Source: Verrucomicrobiota bacterium (GTDB lineage: Bacteria > Verrucomicrobiota > Verrucomicrobiia > JABWAM01). From it: 53,869 bases of DNA. Numbering within the stretch: the first letter of the stretch is position 1; every line of letters starts with the position of its first letter. Shown here in pieces: positions 35,667-45,569 of this stretch. The stretch is from contig JACQHZ010000387.1 in the NCBI GenBank assembly GCA_016198745.1, forward strand, positions 1-53,869, in the 5' to 3' direction. The translations under genes were made by a program, and so were the position numbers. Below the pieces are notes generated by a model. That model did not search any database, was not told the DNA's origin, and saw nothing but the letters and a program-made list of their open reading frames with translations.

Positions 35667-38609
35667 CTATCGGATGACCAGCGCAGGCGCCGCGCCCAGG
35701 CCGAAGGGACGGAGGAGGTATTTGTTGGTTGAGTGGGCGGCATCGGACCAGGGGCGTTTGTGATGCAGCAGGCCGAGCAGGTTGCCCAGGTTGGCGAAAA
35801 GGTCCGCCTGAATCAAATTTCCGCCCGCGCGAAAATAATCGGTGCAATCGGCTTCAAAGGGTTCGTACCACAAATCCCGAACGAACCGATTGTTTACCGA
35901 CAGGCGAATTCCTTCTCCATGCGGCCTGGAAAACCTGAGGATGCAACGTCGGCTGGCCTCCATTTTCGACAAGTTCAGTCGTCGCTCGTAGCGGATCACG
36001 CCGCTGTAGAAGGGCAGTCCGGCCCTGGCCAGATCGGCGGATGGATCGTCGGGCAACGGAGCGGCGGGAACGATCCGGGGCGCGCGCGCGCCGCGCGGGA
36101 ACACCACGTTAAAATCACCGATGACATAACCATTTTCCAATTCGGTGCCATCCATGGTAAAGCGGCTGGTTCCGTCAATCGTCGGCTTGATCCATCTTAC
36201 CCGACATTCAATCGCATTGCGGCCCGCGCGCAGCGCATGACCCAGCTTGCATTTTCGAAATTGGCGGTCCAGCCACCACTGGCCGTCAAGGACCCGGAGC
36301 GCGCTTCCGTTGCATTGGAGTTCCGTCATGGCTTGCGGGTCTTCCAGAACAAACCACGCTTGAAGATTGCCTGCGGACGGAAGAACCGCATGGAATTCAA
36401 ACCGCAAAAACACGGGCCACTGGGGCAAAATACTTCCGCTGTCGAGGGCCTTCGCGATGAGGTCGTTTGCATTGGGCAGGCTGATCGGCCCCGGCCCGCC
36501 GCCCAGAATTCCCATGGGCGGAGTCCAGGGTGATTCCCAAAACTTCACTCGAACCCGATCAAGCGCCAGAACGTTCGGGTTGAGTCTTCGAATCTTCCAT
36601 GAACCCGAAAGCGGCTTGGTCCGTTCGCGAATCGAAATTTTTGGCGCCACCGATTTCTGTCCGCGATTGAGTGAGATGAGTTTCGAGCCGTGCCGGGGCA
36701 CGTCCAACTCAAAGCGGGTGCAACCGTCTTTGCTGGCGCAAGGAACGGGCGTGACGGCGCCGGTTTCCGCATCCAGGAGGTCAACACTTCCATTTCCATC
36801 GAGAGAGATGCAGGCGCGAAAGGCCTTTTCCGATTTGCCAAAGGAAAGAAAATAAATTTCGCGATCGCCGCATGATCTGTGTTGGTAAACCAGCTCCTTG
36901 ACCATGCTTCCGTCAGGACGGGTCACATGGACGTCGCGCGGGACGGATGCCAGCACCCGGTCCAGCGCGGCCGCATGAGTCCTTCGCAGATGAGTTACCG
37001 GCGGTCCGGTCAGGAAGTTGGTCAGGGCTTTCGAGGGGCGGCCGTCGAGATAGCCGGCCACCGGGGCGACGGAGATAATTTTCCCGCCCTGTGCGGCAAA
37101 TTTCTCAAGCAACGCCAACGTGTGCGCACTCCAGGTCTCCGCTGAGGGCACAACCACCGCCCTATAGCGCGCCTTCCCAACGACAAACTCTCCATCCATG
37201 ATCTTGCCGTATTTTTCGAGGAGCAGCTCATCGCCATAATCATAATCCCGCTGAATTTCCAGAAGTTGACGGCAAAACTCGCCGAAGCGCGCGTCCAGCC
37301 TGGTCACGCGCTGCGGAGCGCGAGGCGAAAACAGCGCCCAGGCGCTGGCAATTGGATGGAGGACCAGAATTCGTCGCACCGCCCTGCCACGGGTGAGGAC
37401 GTAGCTGAGCCGCGCGAAATAATCATTGAATGATTTGTAGAGCGGGTAACCGGGCTGATGATAGGAACATGAAGACGGGTAATCGCGTTTGCGACATCCG
37501 CGGATCGAGTAGTAAGCCAGATGTTGGTTCAGGACGTTGATCCCCAGCGCAAAGTCCCAGTCGCCGGACCGCTTGAGCGTGCCGATGGTCGTATCCCATC
37601 CGCAAGCGCCAAACAATTCCGACAACACCCGTTCCCGACCGAGTTGATGCGCCACGCTGACGCATTGTTTGGGCAGCAAGGGCGTATCCGGCAGGTCGTA
37701 GCCCAGGTGGTCAATACCGGGCTGCTGAAAATATTCGTAATGGGGCATGGCGGCGCCGATCGCCCGGACCTGGGCAATCAGCGTGTCTTCCTCCATCATG
37801 TGTCCCGTGGTGATGAGGCGCCGGGGAGCGCACCAATCGTTGATTTGCTTTGCAAAGCTCTCCACAAATCGTTCCGTGATGGTGCGATAGAAATCAATGC
37901 GAACACGGCGATAATTGCCCTTGTCAAAAAACAAACTGGCCAGGCGCGGACGCAGCGCATAGCCCCGTTTTGTCTTGAACAACGCCTCGATATCTTTTGT
38001 CCAGGGAACCGTTTGAAGCCGATTCGGGTCATCCCAAACGATGAAACTCGGCTCGTCCGTAAACGCGCCTGGAACGGTCCGTCCAAAATGGTTGCCGACG
38101 GCCTTGCGGTACTGCGCGTGGGTGAGGCGCAGAAAGGCGGAGACCACTTTTGGATTCAGCATGTCGGGCCAACTGGCCCCGTTGCACCAGGCGTTGGGCG
38201 CGCTGCGAACGACTGCAAACACGGGTTGCCCGTCGTTCTCCCGGCAAGCGAGCGCATGGCCCGCATAATCGAGGTTGGGCACTTCGGCGATTTTTCCTCC
38301 CGCAAATCCGCTCGGCCAACGGTCTTCATCATAAATCCACGCCTTGAGACCCGTTCGCGCGGCCTCTTCCACGCTTAACTTTACATGGCGGAACCATTCG
38401 GAACCCAAATAAGGAGTTCGCAACCCCAGCCGGGAATGGATGAAGAACCCGCCAAATCCTTGGGCGCGCATTTCGCGAATTTGCCGGCGGAGTTCGGCCG
38501 GCTCCTGACGGTCGTTCCAGACCCAAAACGGAATCGGGCGAAACTCGGCCGGTGGCGATTTCCATGTGGAAATTGAAAACGAACGGGCGGCAGAAGCGAA
38601 TGATTTCAT
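35667..38609 (-). CDS. GH106-like (alpha-L-rhamnosidase-like) glycoside hydrolase
   Basis: PPAEFRPIPFWVWN..GFGGFFIHSRLGL..YDEDRWPSGFAGG..FTDEP..GLPFYSG. Confidence 0.78.
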   Translation of the reverse strand: MKSFASAARSFSISTWKSPPAEFRPIPFWVWNDRQEPAELRRQIREMRAQGFGGFFIHSRLGLRTPYLGSEWFRHVKLSVEEAARTGLKAWIYDEDRWPSGFAGGKIAEVPNLDYAGHALACRENDGQPVFAVVRSAPNAWCNGASWPDMLNPKVVSAFLRLTHAQYRKAVGNHFGRTVPGAFTDEPSFIVWDDPNRLQTVPWTKDIEALFKTKRGYALRPRLASLFFDKGNYRRVRIDFYRTITERFVESFAKQINDWCAPRRLITTGHMMEEDTLIAQVRAIGAAMPHYEYFQQPGIDHLGYDLPDTPLLPKQCVSVAHQLGRERVLSELFGACGWDTTIGTLKRSGDWDFALGINVLNQHLAYYSIRGCRKRDYPSSCSYHQPGYPLYKSFNDYFARLSYVLTRGRAVRRILVLHPIASAWALFSPRAPQRVTRLDARFGEFCRQLLEIQRDYDYGDELLLEKYGKIMDGEFVVGKARYRAVVVPSAETWSAHTLALLEKFAAQGGKIISVAPVAGYLDGRPSKALTNFLTGPPVTHLRRTHAAALDRVLASVPRDVHVTRPDGSMVKELVYQHRSCGDREIYFLSFGKSEKAFRACISLDGNGSVDLLDAETGAVTPVPCASKDGCTRFELDVPRHGSKLISLNRGQKSVAPKISIRERTKPLSGSWKIRRLNPNVLALDRVRVKFWESPWTPPMGILGGGPGPISLPNANDLIAKALDSGSILPQWPVFLRFEFHAVLPSAGNLQAWFVLEDPQAMTELQCNGSALRVLDGQWWLDRQFRKCKLGHALRAGRNAIECRVRWIKPTIDGTSRFTMDGTELENGYVIGDFNVVFPRGARAPRIVPAAPLPDDPSADLARAGLPFYSGVIRYERRLNLSKMEASRRCILRFSRPHGEGIRLSVNNRFVRDLWYEPFEADCTDYFRAGGNLIQADLFANLGNLLGLLHHKRPWSDAAHSTNKYLLRPFGLGAAPALVIR

Positions 38610-39103
38610 GGAAAGGGACGGGAGCGGCGCGCCGTCCAATCCTTTATGCTGAACCTAAATGGTTCACTTTTTAATCTTACCGCCCATTTGGGTTGCACCC
38701 ACAAACAATAATAGTTTTGCGCGGAATCTCGCAGGCGAATCTCAAAACGGTCCGCGTCTGCGTTTTCAGGTTTGACGGTCCAACGCGCGCGGACGGCGCA
38801 GCGGAGGTGCCCCTTGCTGGTGTTCAGCCCGAAGTCTTCAAGCGAACGCGTCAACGCATGCGGCTTGCCCGCATCCATGATGCCCAAACTGACGGTGTCC
38901 TTCGCCTCGTTTGCGCGATCATTGACCTCCGCCCATTGGTTCCGCCCGGTCCAGGCCGGGTCCTTCTCCATAAATGAGTCGCTGAAGCATACGGTGTCCC
39001 CCTTTTCCGCCGCGACCCCCTCCGGGACCAGGCCATCGGACGCCGCCCATCCTGAAATTAAAAGAGCCGCCAAAATAAGCTTGTTATGAATATGTTTTTT
39101 CAT
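38606..39103 (-). CDS. Secreted hypothetical protein, possibly truncated
   Basis: Signal peptide MKKHIHNKLILAALLISGWAA; stop overlaps next start. Confidence 0.6.
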   Translation of the reverse strand: MKKHIHNKLILAALLISGWAASDGLVPEGVAAEKGDTVCFSDSFMEKDPAWTGRNQWAEVNDRANEAKDTVSLGIMDAGKPHALTRSLEDFGLNTSKGHLRCAVRARWTVKPENADADRFEIRLRDSAQNYYCLWVQPKWAVRLKSEPFRFSIKDWTARRSRPFP

Positions 39104-39147
39104 AAATTGCCTCATTGTTGTCTAAAATATTGGACAATGTTTGGGAC

Positions 39148-39326
39148 GGAGGGTCGCGCTCCGTCGCGACCGAGGGAAAAAGGGCGGCATTTCCGCAAAA
39201 AACCCTATCTCCACGGCCACGACGGAGCGTGGCCCTCCATTTCGGAATTTGGAGGCCTTCCCTGCGCGCGCGGGTTGGAGTAGCCGAAAGTCCCGCAGAT
39301 GACAGGCAAGATGCCTGTCCTACTTT
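39148..39326. repeat. REP cluster containing two families
   Basis: Inverted pair ggagggtcgcgctccgtcgcgacc / ggccacgacggagcgtggccctcc; gacaggcaagatgcctgtcctacttt identical to 49395-49420. Confidence 0.85.
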
Positions 39327-39379
39327 TTTGGGAATCCGGCAGCAAACTTCAAACATCTTTGGCGGGGATTTAACGATGG

Positions 39380-41305
39380 TCATTGAGATTTCTCCGCAGC
39401 CAGCCAATTTAAAAGTTTTCCAAGAATCGTTGGCCATTCGGATTGCTGCCAGAAAAGTTCATGGTCTTTGGTCGGCGTCCCGAGGACCGTGCCGCACACC
39501 GCCGCCACACGGCCCTGGCCATATTGACCGGTGACGGTAAACGGAAATTTGTCCACGCTCGCTTCGATTTGCGCGCCGGGTTTGAGTTCGACATCATGCA
39601 ACCAGCGAATCTGGACGGTTCCTGAAAAATCCTTTGCGTTGTACAAAGGACCGGCGCCATCCGTGATCACGCCCGGCTCCGGCGCGGGTTTCAGGTCGAA
39701 GGGGCCTTTGACGCGAATGGGAAAAAGTTCCTTTAGATCATCCAACTCATTCCAGCCCCCCGCGCCGAACCCGTAATAACCGCCCAGCAACAGCAAGCCG
39801 CCGCCCGAATGGACGTAATGCCTGAGCATGAACTGCATTTCATCATCCACCGCCGTGCCATCAATATTATTGATGATGATCACGCTGAATTTGAAAAGCT
39901 CCTTGAAGTCGAAGGGAAAGGCGCTCACGCTGTGGCCGTCCCACGAAGCGCGCGCATACCCGATACCGGCCATTTTCATCCCGACCTTTTCGGCGGCCTC
40001 CTGGCTGCGATAGAGCTTCCCGTAAAGGCCCCGCATTTCAAAAATTGTCGGCGGCTTCTCGGGTGCAAATGTCAACCCGGCCGGATCAGCAAACTTTTTT
40101 ATTTTGCGCGGCGGCGTTTTCGTGTAGCCACGCTCCGAAGAGGCAAGCAGATCAAAACCGCCGCCCTTGACGCCGCGATGGTAATAATCGTACTCCTCGG
40201 AAAAACTCTGCCCGTTCTTGCGCCCCGCCACCTGGATGGTCGCTGTCAATCCTGAATCCTCGTGAATGGTTTGCGAGGTGGTCACGGTGGATGGCTCCGC
40301 CCCGATTTGTTTCGCCTCCGCCTCCGGAAAAGCATATTCCTTGAGGGTGGCGATTTGCCGCAACCGCGTTTTCAACTTCACGCCGGTCAGCGCGCCTTCG
40401 GCGGCGCGCAAATGATGCTGGACGCTGACGACGCCTCCCGCAGCAACTGCAACCTCGGTATCGGCAATCAGATTTGCCGATGCGAACGTGATATTGGTCA
40501 GGCCGTGGAATGGGACCAACTTGACTTCGGTCTTCCAGCTTGCGCCGGGCTGGAGGCTGACGGGGGCATACAACCATTCCACGGTATTGTAAGGCAGACA
40601 GTTATAGAACCATTGCAGGTAATTATAATCCATGACAAAAGCCAGGCCTTCGCGGGTCTTGCGATTCAGCGCCGCGGTCCACCCGGAGATTGGATTTTTC
40701 AAGTAATGATCGCCGTGATCTTTCGATTCCACTTCACCGGGCCAGGCAATATCAAGCCCCTTGGCCGAGGGCCGGTAGTAATAGTTTTCCGCGCGATCGC
40801 CGGAAATAAACACGTCGAACTTCGGCATGAACGCAACCCGAAAAGCGTTGGTGGTCGTGTTGGCCAGGGTGTAACCAATGGCGACCGTATCCGTCCCCGG
40901 CGCCAGCGTGATCCGTTTGCGCAACTCAATGCCGGCGGGCACAGCGCGCGTGCCCTGCGCCGTCCTGGCCCAAAGCTCAACACCGCCGGCCTGGTAATCC
41001 GGCAGAACCCGGTGTTGGTAGGTCGCCTTGTCCAACTCACCGGGAAACCCCTGTCCCGCGAAATGATCCAGCGCCATTCCATAGGTCGGCTCCGGGTGCA
41101 CCCAATTCTTGCCGCTGAACTTGGGCGTGAACCGGATAATTCGGGCGCCGCGCTCCGGCGCGATGCGCAAAGCAATAAGGCCGTTGTCCAGATCAATATA
41201 AGTTTGCCCCGCCTCCTTCACTTCCCTTGCGCCATCCCCGGCCCGCAGACCGGTGGCGGCGATCAACAGTAGCGCAAATATAGGCGCGGGTCTCAAAAGT
41301 CCCAT
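39380..41305 (-). CDS. Secreted protein: galactose-mutarotase-like N-terminal domain plus class I GATase-like C-terminal domain
   Basis: Signal peptide; IDLDNGLIALRIAPERGARI; YVHSGGGLLLLGGYYGFG..YGQGRVAA; frame is open to 41443. Confidence 0.7.
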   Translation of the reverse strand: MGLLRPAPIFALLLIAATGLRAGDGAREVKEAGQTYIDLDNGLIALRIAPERGARIIRFTPKFSGKNWVHPEPTYGMALDHFAGQGFPGELDKATYQHRVLPDYQAGGVELWARTAQGTRAVPAGIELRKRITLAPGTDTVAIGYTLANTTTNAFRVAFMPKFDVFISGDRAENYYYRPSAKGLDIAWPGEVESKDHGDHYLKNPISGWTAALNRKTREGLAFVMDYNYLQWFYNCLPYNTVEWLYAPVSLQPGASWKTEVKLVPFHGLTNITFASANLIADTEVAVAAGGVVSVQHHLRAAEGALTGVKLKTRLRQIATLKEYAFPEAEAKQIGAEPSTVTTSQTIHEDSGLTATIQVAGRKNGQSFSEEYDYYHRGVKGGGFDLLASSERGYTKTPPRKIKKFADPAGLTFAPEKPPTIFEMRGLYGKLYRSQEAAEKVGMKMAGIGYARASWDGHSVSAFPFDFKELFKFSVIIINNIDGTAVDDEMQFMLRHYVHSGGGLLLLGGYYGFGAGGWNELDDLKELFPIRVKGPFDLKPAPEPGVITDGAGPLYNAKDFSGTVQIRWLHDVELKPGAQIEASVDKFPFTVTGQYGQGRVAAVCGTVLGTPTKDHELFWQQSEWPTILGKLLNWLAAEKSQ

Positions 41306-41445
41306 CCGCGCTGGTCGGCGAGGACGCCGTCCACGGGGTCGCCTGCCATGACGGAACAGATGGAAAAGAGACAAACAGCTTTCAAAACACGCGCCAGCAG
41401 GTTGTTGAAAAACACCCCAATTGCCGTGTGAATAGTTAATCATGA

Positions 41446-43437
41446 TTAACGGGTCTTGATGTTGAATACGACGATCCCCCAGAGCTTCAATTCCGGAACA
41501 ACCACTCCCGTTCCGCCGGATGGCGAGGCAACTTTGACCGTCTTGCCCTCCATCGGGTTATAGACGGAAACCTCCCTGCCGCTTTCCTTTCCGTCCTCCG
41601 GCGCGAGCTTCCGCTTCATCCCGTCAATTTCAGGGCTTAGGAACCATGCGGAAAGGATCTTCTCTCCGGGCTTTAATTTCGGCGACAGCCGGATATTTTT
41701 TTGAGCCTGCGGAAGGTCCTTTGCATCGGCCATTGCGCCGGCCAGTTCCCTGGCCGGTGGATTGAACAGGTCCACCATGAGTTGGCGTTCGCCTTCGCCG
41801 ACCGTGCGGCCATGAACGTAATCCTTCCACCAAACGGGTTGGGCACTGCTCACCTTGAGAAAGTTATCGGGGTCCCCGATGCGTTCCATGCCATGGCCAA
41901 AGAGAATGGAAGAATAACGCGTGGCAAAACGAGTAATGGAGCGGATGGCGTCGGAATAAGGCAGCAACTTCTTGTCCACCTGCGGTTCGTAGCCGCAGGT
42001 GAAGTGATTATAGAGAGCCGCGGCAAACCAGGGACGATTGCGGGTCGCGTAGAAAAGCGAATACTGCAGTTGGGAATAGGTGGCGGAAACGTCCCAGGGC
42101 CGATCCGGATAGGCAAAGGCATATCCGCCGTATTCCCTGGCCCGGTCGGATTCGAAGAGCAGCAGGCGGGACATCTCGGACCAACGATTATAGGGATTTC
42201 CCGCAATGTGGCTGGCGCACGACGGCTCGTTGCAGGCGGCGCCGCCATTCTCCATCATCACTGCAAATTCCTCGCTGCGCTGATCCCCGGGAATGTTGGC
42301 CGGCCACATCATGTTGGCCATGAAAAGATAATCGGGATAGGCCTTGCGCAGAGCGTCCTTGACATAACGCATGTTGGCTGCGGTCAAACGATCGCAATCC
42401 TTCAAGGGCGGAACGCCTTCGCCTTTGTAGTTGAAAAATGTGCGGCCCGAAAACACGTGGTAGAACGACGGCGAATAATGGCCATCCCAGCGCACGCCAT
42501 CGAGGCCCCAAAAGGACCGCGCCTTCTTCAGTTCGCCAATGGCCACATCCAGCGTTTCCCGACTGGTCTGATCAGGGAACCAGTTGTAAGGCATCATGAG
42601 CGCGGTGCCCGGTAAAAAATTCTTCTCATTTTCCAGCTCCTTGACATCGAATAGAGTGATGGACGGTTGGCCGCGTTCAAAACGCATCACCAGTTCCGGC
42701 CGCTGGCGCGCCAACTCAAGCGCATCCGCCGAGTCGGTGTAAGATGTGGCATACGCCGTGGTGCTGATCCCGTTCTGTTTCAGCAATTCAATCTGATGCT
42801 TGACGCCGCTGATTCGAAAAGGGAACCCGCCAAGAAAATAATCGCCCGCCAATTCCGTTTCATTGGGTGTCAGGCGCGCAAACGCATCCGCATACAACCC
42901 GTGGGCTTCCGCAATGTTAATGTAGCCTTTGCGCAGCGCTTCCGTGACGAAGAACCGATTTTTATTGCGTTCGACCTCATTCCAGTGCGCGTCCGGGCCT
43001 TCGGTTTGTTGACTGACTCGGAACTGTCCGGCCACGCCGACGCGCGCAATGTCCTTCCGCTCAATGACATTGAAATACTCCTCAGCGCGGGCGATCAATT
43101 TTTCGCCGTCAAACGCCTGGGCAACAACGCCGCAACCGAGAACGGATTTGCCGGGTTTCCACAAAAGCGGCACGACTTCTTCTTTGCCGCCCGCAACCGT
43201 CAGCTCCTTGTCCGGCAACGCCGCCCGCGACTCAACTTCATACTCCACATACGCGGACAGCTTAACCTTTTTCGCCTCGGAATCCGTGTTGTTGACATAA
43301 ACCTTGATGGCGCACGGTTCGTTTGGATCGCAGGCCAATTTATCAGGCCAGACGCGCACCTTGAGGTCCGATCGGGCGAGGGAAGGAATCAGCAATGCGA
43401 CGGCAACGAAAAAAAATCGTCGAAGGGTTTGAATCAT
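41446..43437 (-). CDS. Secreted glycoside hydrolase-like protein (GH66-like TIM barrel)
   Basis: Signal peptide (ARS-DL); Ig-like N-terminus (VWPDK); WGLDGVRWDGH putative catalytic strand. Confidence 0.55.
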   Translation of the reverse strand: MIQTLRRFFFVAVALLIPSLARSDLKVRVWPDKLACDPNEPCAIKVYVNNTDSEAKKVKLSAYVEYEVESRAALPDKELTVAGGKEEVVPLLWKPGKSVLGCGVVAQAFDGEKLIARAEEYFNVIERKDIARVGVAGQFRVSQQTEGPDAHWNEVERNKNRFFVTEALRKGYINIAEAHGLYADAFARLTPNETELAGDYFLGGFPFRISGVKHQIELLKQNGISTTAYATSYTDSADALELARQRPELVMRFERGQPSITLFDVKELENEKNFLPGTALMMPYNWFPDQTSRETLDVAIGELKKARSFWGLDGVRWDGHYSPSFYHVFSGRTFFNYKGEGVPPLKDCDRLTAANMRYVKDALRKAYPDYLFMANMMWPANIPGDQRSEEFAVMMENGGAACNEPSCASHIAGNPYNRWSEMSRLLLFESDRAREYGGYAFAYPDRPWDVSATYSQLQYSLFYATRNRPWFAAALYNHFTCGYEPQVDKKLLPYSDAIRSITRFATRYSSILFGHGMERIGDPDNFLKVSSAQPVWWKDYVHGRTVGEGERQLMVDLFNPPARELAGAMADAKDLPQAQKNIRLSPKLKPGEKILSAWFLSPEIDGMKRKLAPEDGKESGREVSVYNPMEGKTVKVASPSGGTGVVVPELKLWGIVVFNIKTR

Positions 43438-43580
43438 GATGATGTCCGTTTTTCAGTTTGATATTTTATCGTAAATCCAGCCAAAGATATTTGAAATTCA
43501 GACAGAATTAGAAACAAGACCGTGATTCCCGCGAAAGCGGGGGTTTGAGAGATCATTTTACGCATTTTCCCAAGTGGAAT

Positions 43581-45548
43581 TTATTTGGCGGGTTTGTCGG
43601 CGGCCCAGGCGAGCACGCGCCCCAGCAATTCAGGCCACGATTCCCATTCCCAGAAAGGCGTGCCCTCTCTAGCGGGCAATCCCAGGACGGTTCCGGTAAA
43701 GGCGCCAATCCGCCCTTTGCCGTACTGGCCCGTGATAAGGAATGACTGGGCGCCGGCGGAAATGTGGACTTGCGCGTTTTTACTTGGTTTTACAAAATGC
43801 TGCCAATAGCACATCGGCTTTTGCTCCCATTTCAAATTTTCGATAAAAGGAGAATCCTTTCCCATCGGCTGCAACGGAGCGCCCTGCGGCCCCGCCAATC
43901 CTGATGACGACGACGGTTTTTTTCCGGCGGTTTCGGCCGTCCCCAAGGGCTGCAGATCGAAACGCTCGCCTTTCACCGGCAAAACGGAACCGAGCCTGGT
44001 TTCATAAACACTGCTCAAGCCGTAACTGTGATATCCGCCGAGGACGACCAGTCCTCCGCCATTTTCAAGATAGGGGAGAAGCAGCTCCAGGCCTTCCTCC
44101 TGCAACGCCTCCACGTCGGCATTGGCCAAAACGATGGCGTCAAACCGCATGATTTCCTTCCGGCTGGACGGAAAATAATCCACATAAAAACCGTAGTTGG
44201 CATCCTTTCTGACATAGGCGTTTTTGACCTCCTGCATCAGCCGGGGATACTTCATCCGGACGGCGTCAATTTTATAGAGCAGGTTGTTCAATCCCTTGAC
44301 CACCAGGATCGTTCCTGTTTTGCGGGCCGGTCGTCCCAGGCGTTCCGCTTCGAAATAAAACTGGTCGTAAGCGGCCCGCAACGCGCGTTCCGCCGCCAGC
44401 GGAGCGAAGGTCCTTTCCTGGTCCCATTTTGTTTTCGCATCGAGAAACCGTTGCAAGCGCAATTGCAGCTCGCTGGAGGTCTTGCCCTTTTGCTCCCCGG
44501 CCGGTTTGAGAACCGAATCGGCCAGGCGTTGCAAGGAGTTGCTGGTGGCTTCCGTCATCTCGCGCGGGGTGGAGGTCAATCGCGCCATCCGTTCCATGAC
44601 GGCGGGAACCTTTTCCTTGAGGGTTTGATAGCCCGCCTTGTTTTCAAGCTTGCGAAACTCGCATAGGGCCAGACGGACGAGATTGGCTTCCGCCGGATAG
44701 GTGGCATGGGTTCTGACGTAAACCGGGTCAATTTCGTAACGAAGTCCCATTTGGGCCACCGGATGGAAAACCACTCCGGCCGGTCCCGTCACGCCGTTGC
44801 GCAAGGGCGCGGCGCGTTTGCTTGCGTCCGCCAGGTCCCACACCTGGTCCAAAAGCAGCGCCCAATTTTCTTTTTCGGGGTTGCCCTTCGCAGGATTGGC
44901 CTTCGCCTCGGCTTCATCCTTCTTTTCGACAAACGTCTGGGCGCTGGTCTGCGCGGCGCGCCGCGTGCCCAGGTCTTTTGCGGTCTGGCCGGTGAGCATG
45001 TTGGCCACCGCCGGAACGCAGATGACCTCCAGGTGTTTGGCCTCCGTGTTTTTTCCATCGCAGGCCCACTCGACATACAACATCTCGTCTTCGGGATACA
45101 ACAGGAAGCGGCAGCGCAGATCGCCTTCCGGACGCTGATACAAAAATTCGAGGCACCCCTGTTGTCCTTGTTCGACGATTGAAATCCGACATGGGAATTG
45201 GCCGACATCGGCATCGTCCACTTTCATCGTCATAAATCCGTTGCACCACCAGGACTGCTGGGGATTCGCGATGCCCACGAACGTATTGATCAGCTTCCCC
45301 TCTTCGTTCACTTCCGAGCCGATATTGAGATCATATTGCGTGAGGTGATTGGCCAGAATGATCGTTTGCCAGACGCGATTTTTTCCGGCGTTAAAGAGTT
45401 TCTGCCTCGATTTGAGCTGAACGCTGACGGTGTTGTTGGCGACATCCTCGGCGCGCGCCGACGTGAAAATAAGTGTCACCGCAAAAACCAGACAACGACT
45501 CAAGTGTAGAATCTGCAGACTCTGCGCGCTTTGCGTTTGACAATTCAT
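43581..45548 (-). CDS. Secreted protein with C-terminal class I GATase-like domain
   Basis: Signal peptide (ARA-ED); FDAIVLANAD..YLENGGGLVVLGGYHSYG..YGKGRIGAFTGTVLG..FWEWESWP. Confidence 0.72.
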   Translation of the reverse strand: MNCQTQSAQSLQILHLSRCLVFAVTLIFTSARAEDVANNTVSVQLKSRQKLFNAGKNRVWQTIILANHLTQYDLNIGSEVNEEGKLINTFVGIANPQQSWWCNGFMTMKVDDADVGQFPCRISIVEQGQQGCLEFLYQRPEGDLRCRFLLYPEDEMLYVEWACDGKNTEAKHLEVICVPAVANMLTGQTAKDLGTRRAAQTSAQTFVEKKDEAEAKANPAKGNPEKENWALLLDQVWDLADASKRAAPLRNGVTGPAGVVFHPVAQMGLRYEIDPVYVRTHATYPAEANLVRLALCEFRKLENKAGYQTLKEKVPAVMERMARLTSTPREMTEATSNSLQRLADSVLKPAGEQKGKTSSELQLRLQRFLDAKTKWDQERTFAPLAAERALRAAYDQFYFEAERLGRPARKTGTILVVKGLNNLLYKIDAVRMKYPRLMQEVKNAYVRKDANYGFYVDYFPSSRKEIMRFDAIVLANADVEALQEEGLELLLPYLENGGGLVVLGGYHSYGLSSVYETRLGSVLPVKGERFDLQPLGTAETAGKKPSSSSGLAGPQGAPLQPMGKDSPFIENLKWEQKPMCYWQHFVKPSKNAQVHISAGAQSFLITGQYGKGRIGAFTGTVLGLPAREGTPFWEWESWPELLGRVLAWAADKPAK

Positions 45549-45569
45549 TGACGGAAGAACTGAACAACC

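Noticed and set aside
35443-35847. Long N-terminal extensions in the ORF track (also 16911-17084 and 10282-10428)
   Set aside because: They read through REP DNA or overlap neighbouring genes; downstream ATGs fit the domain boundaries.
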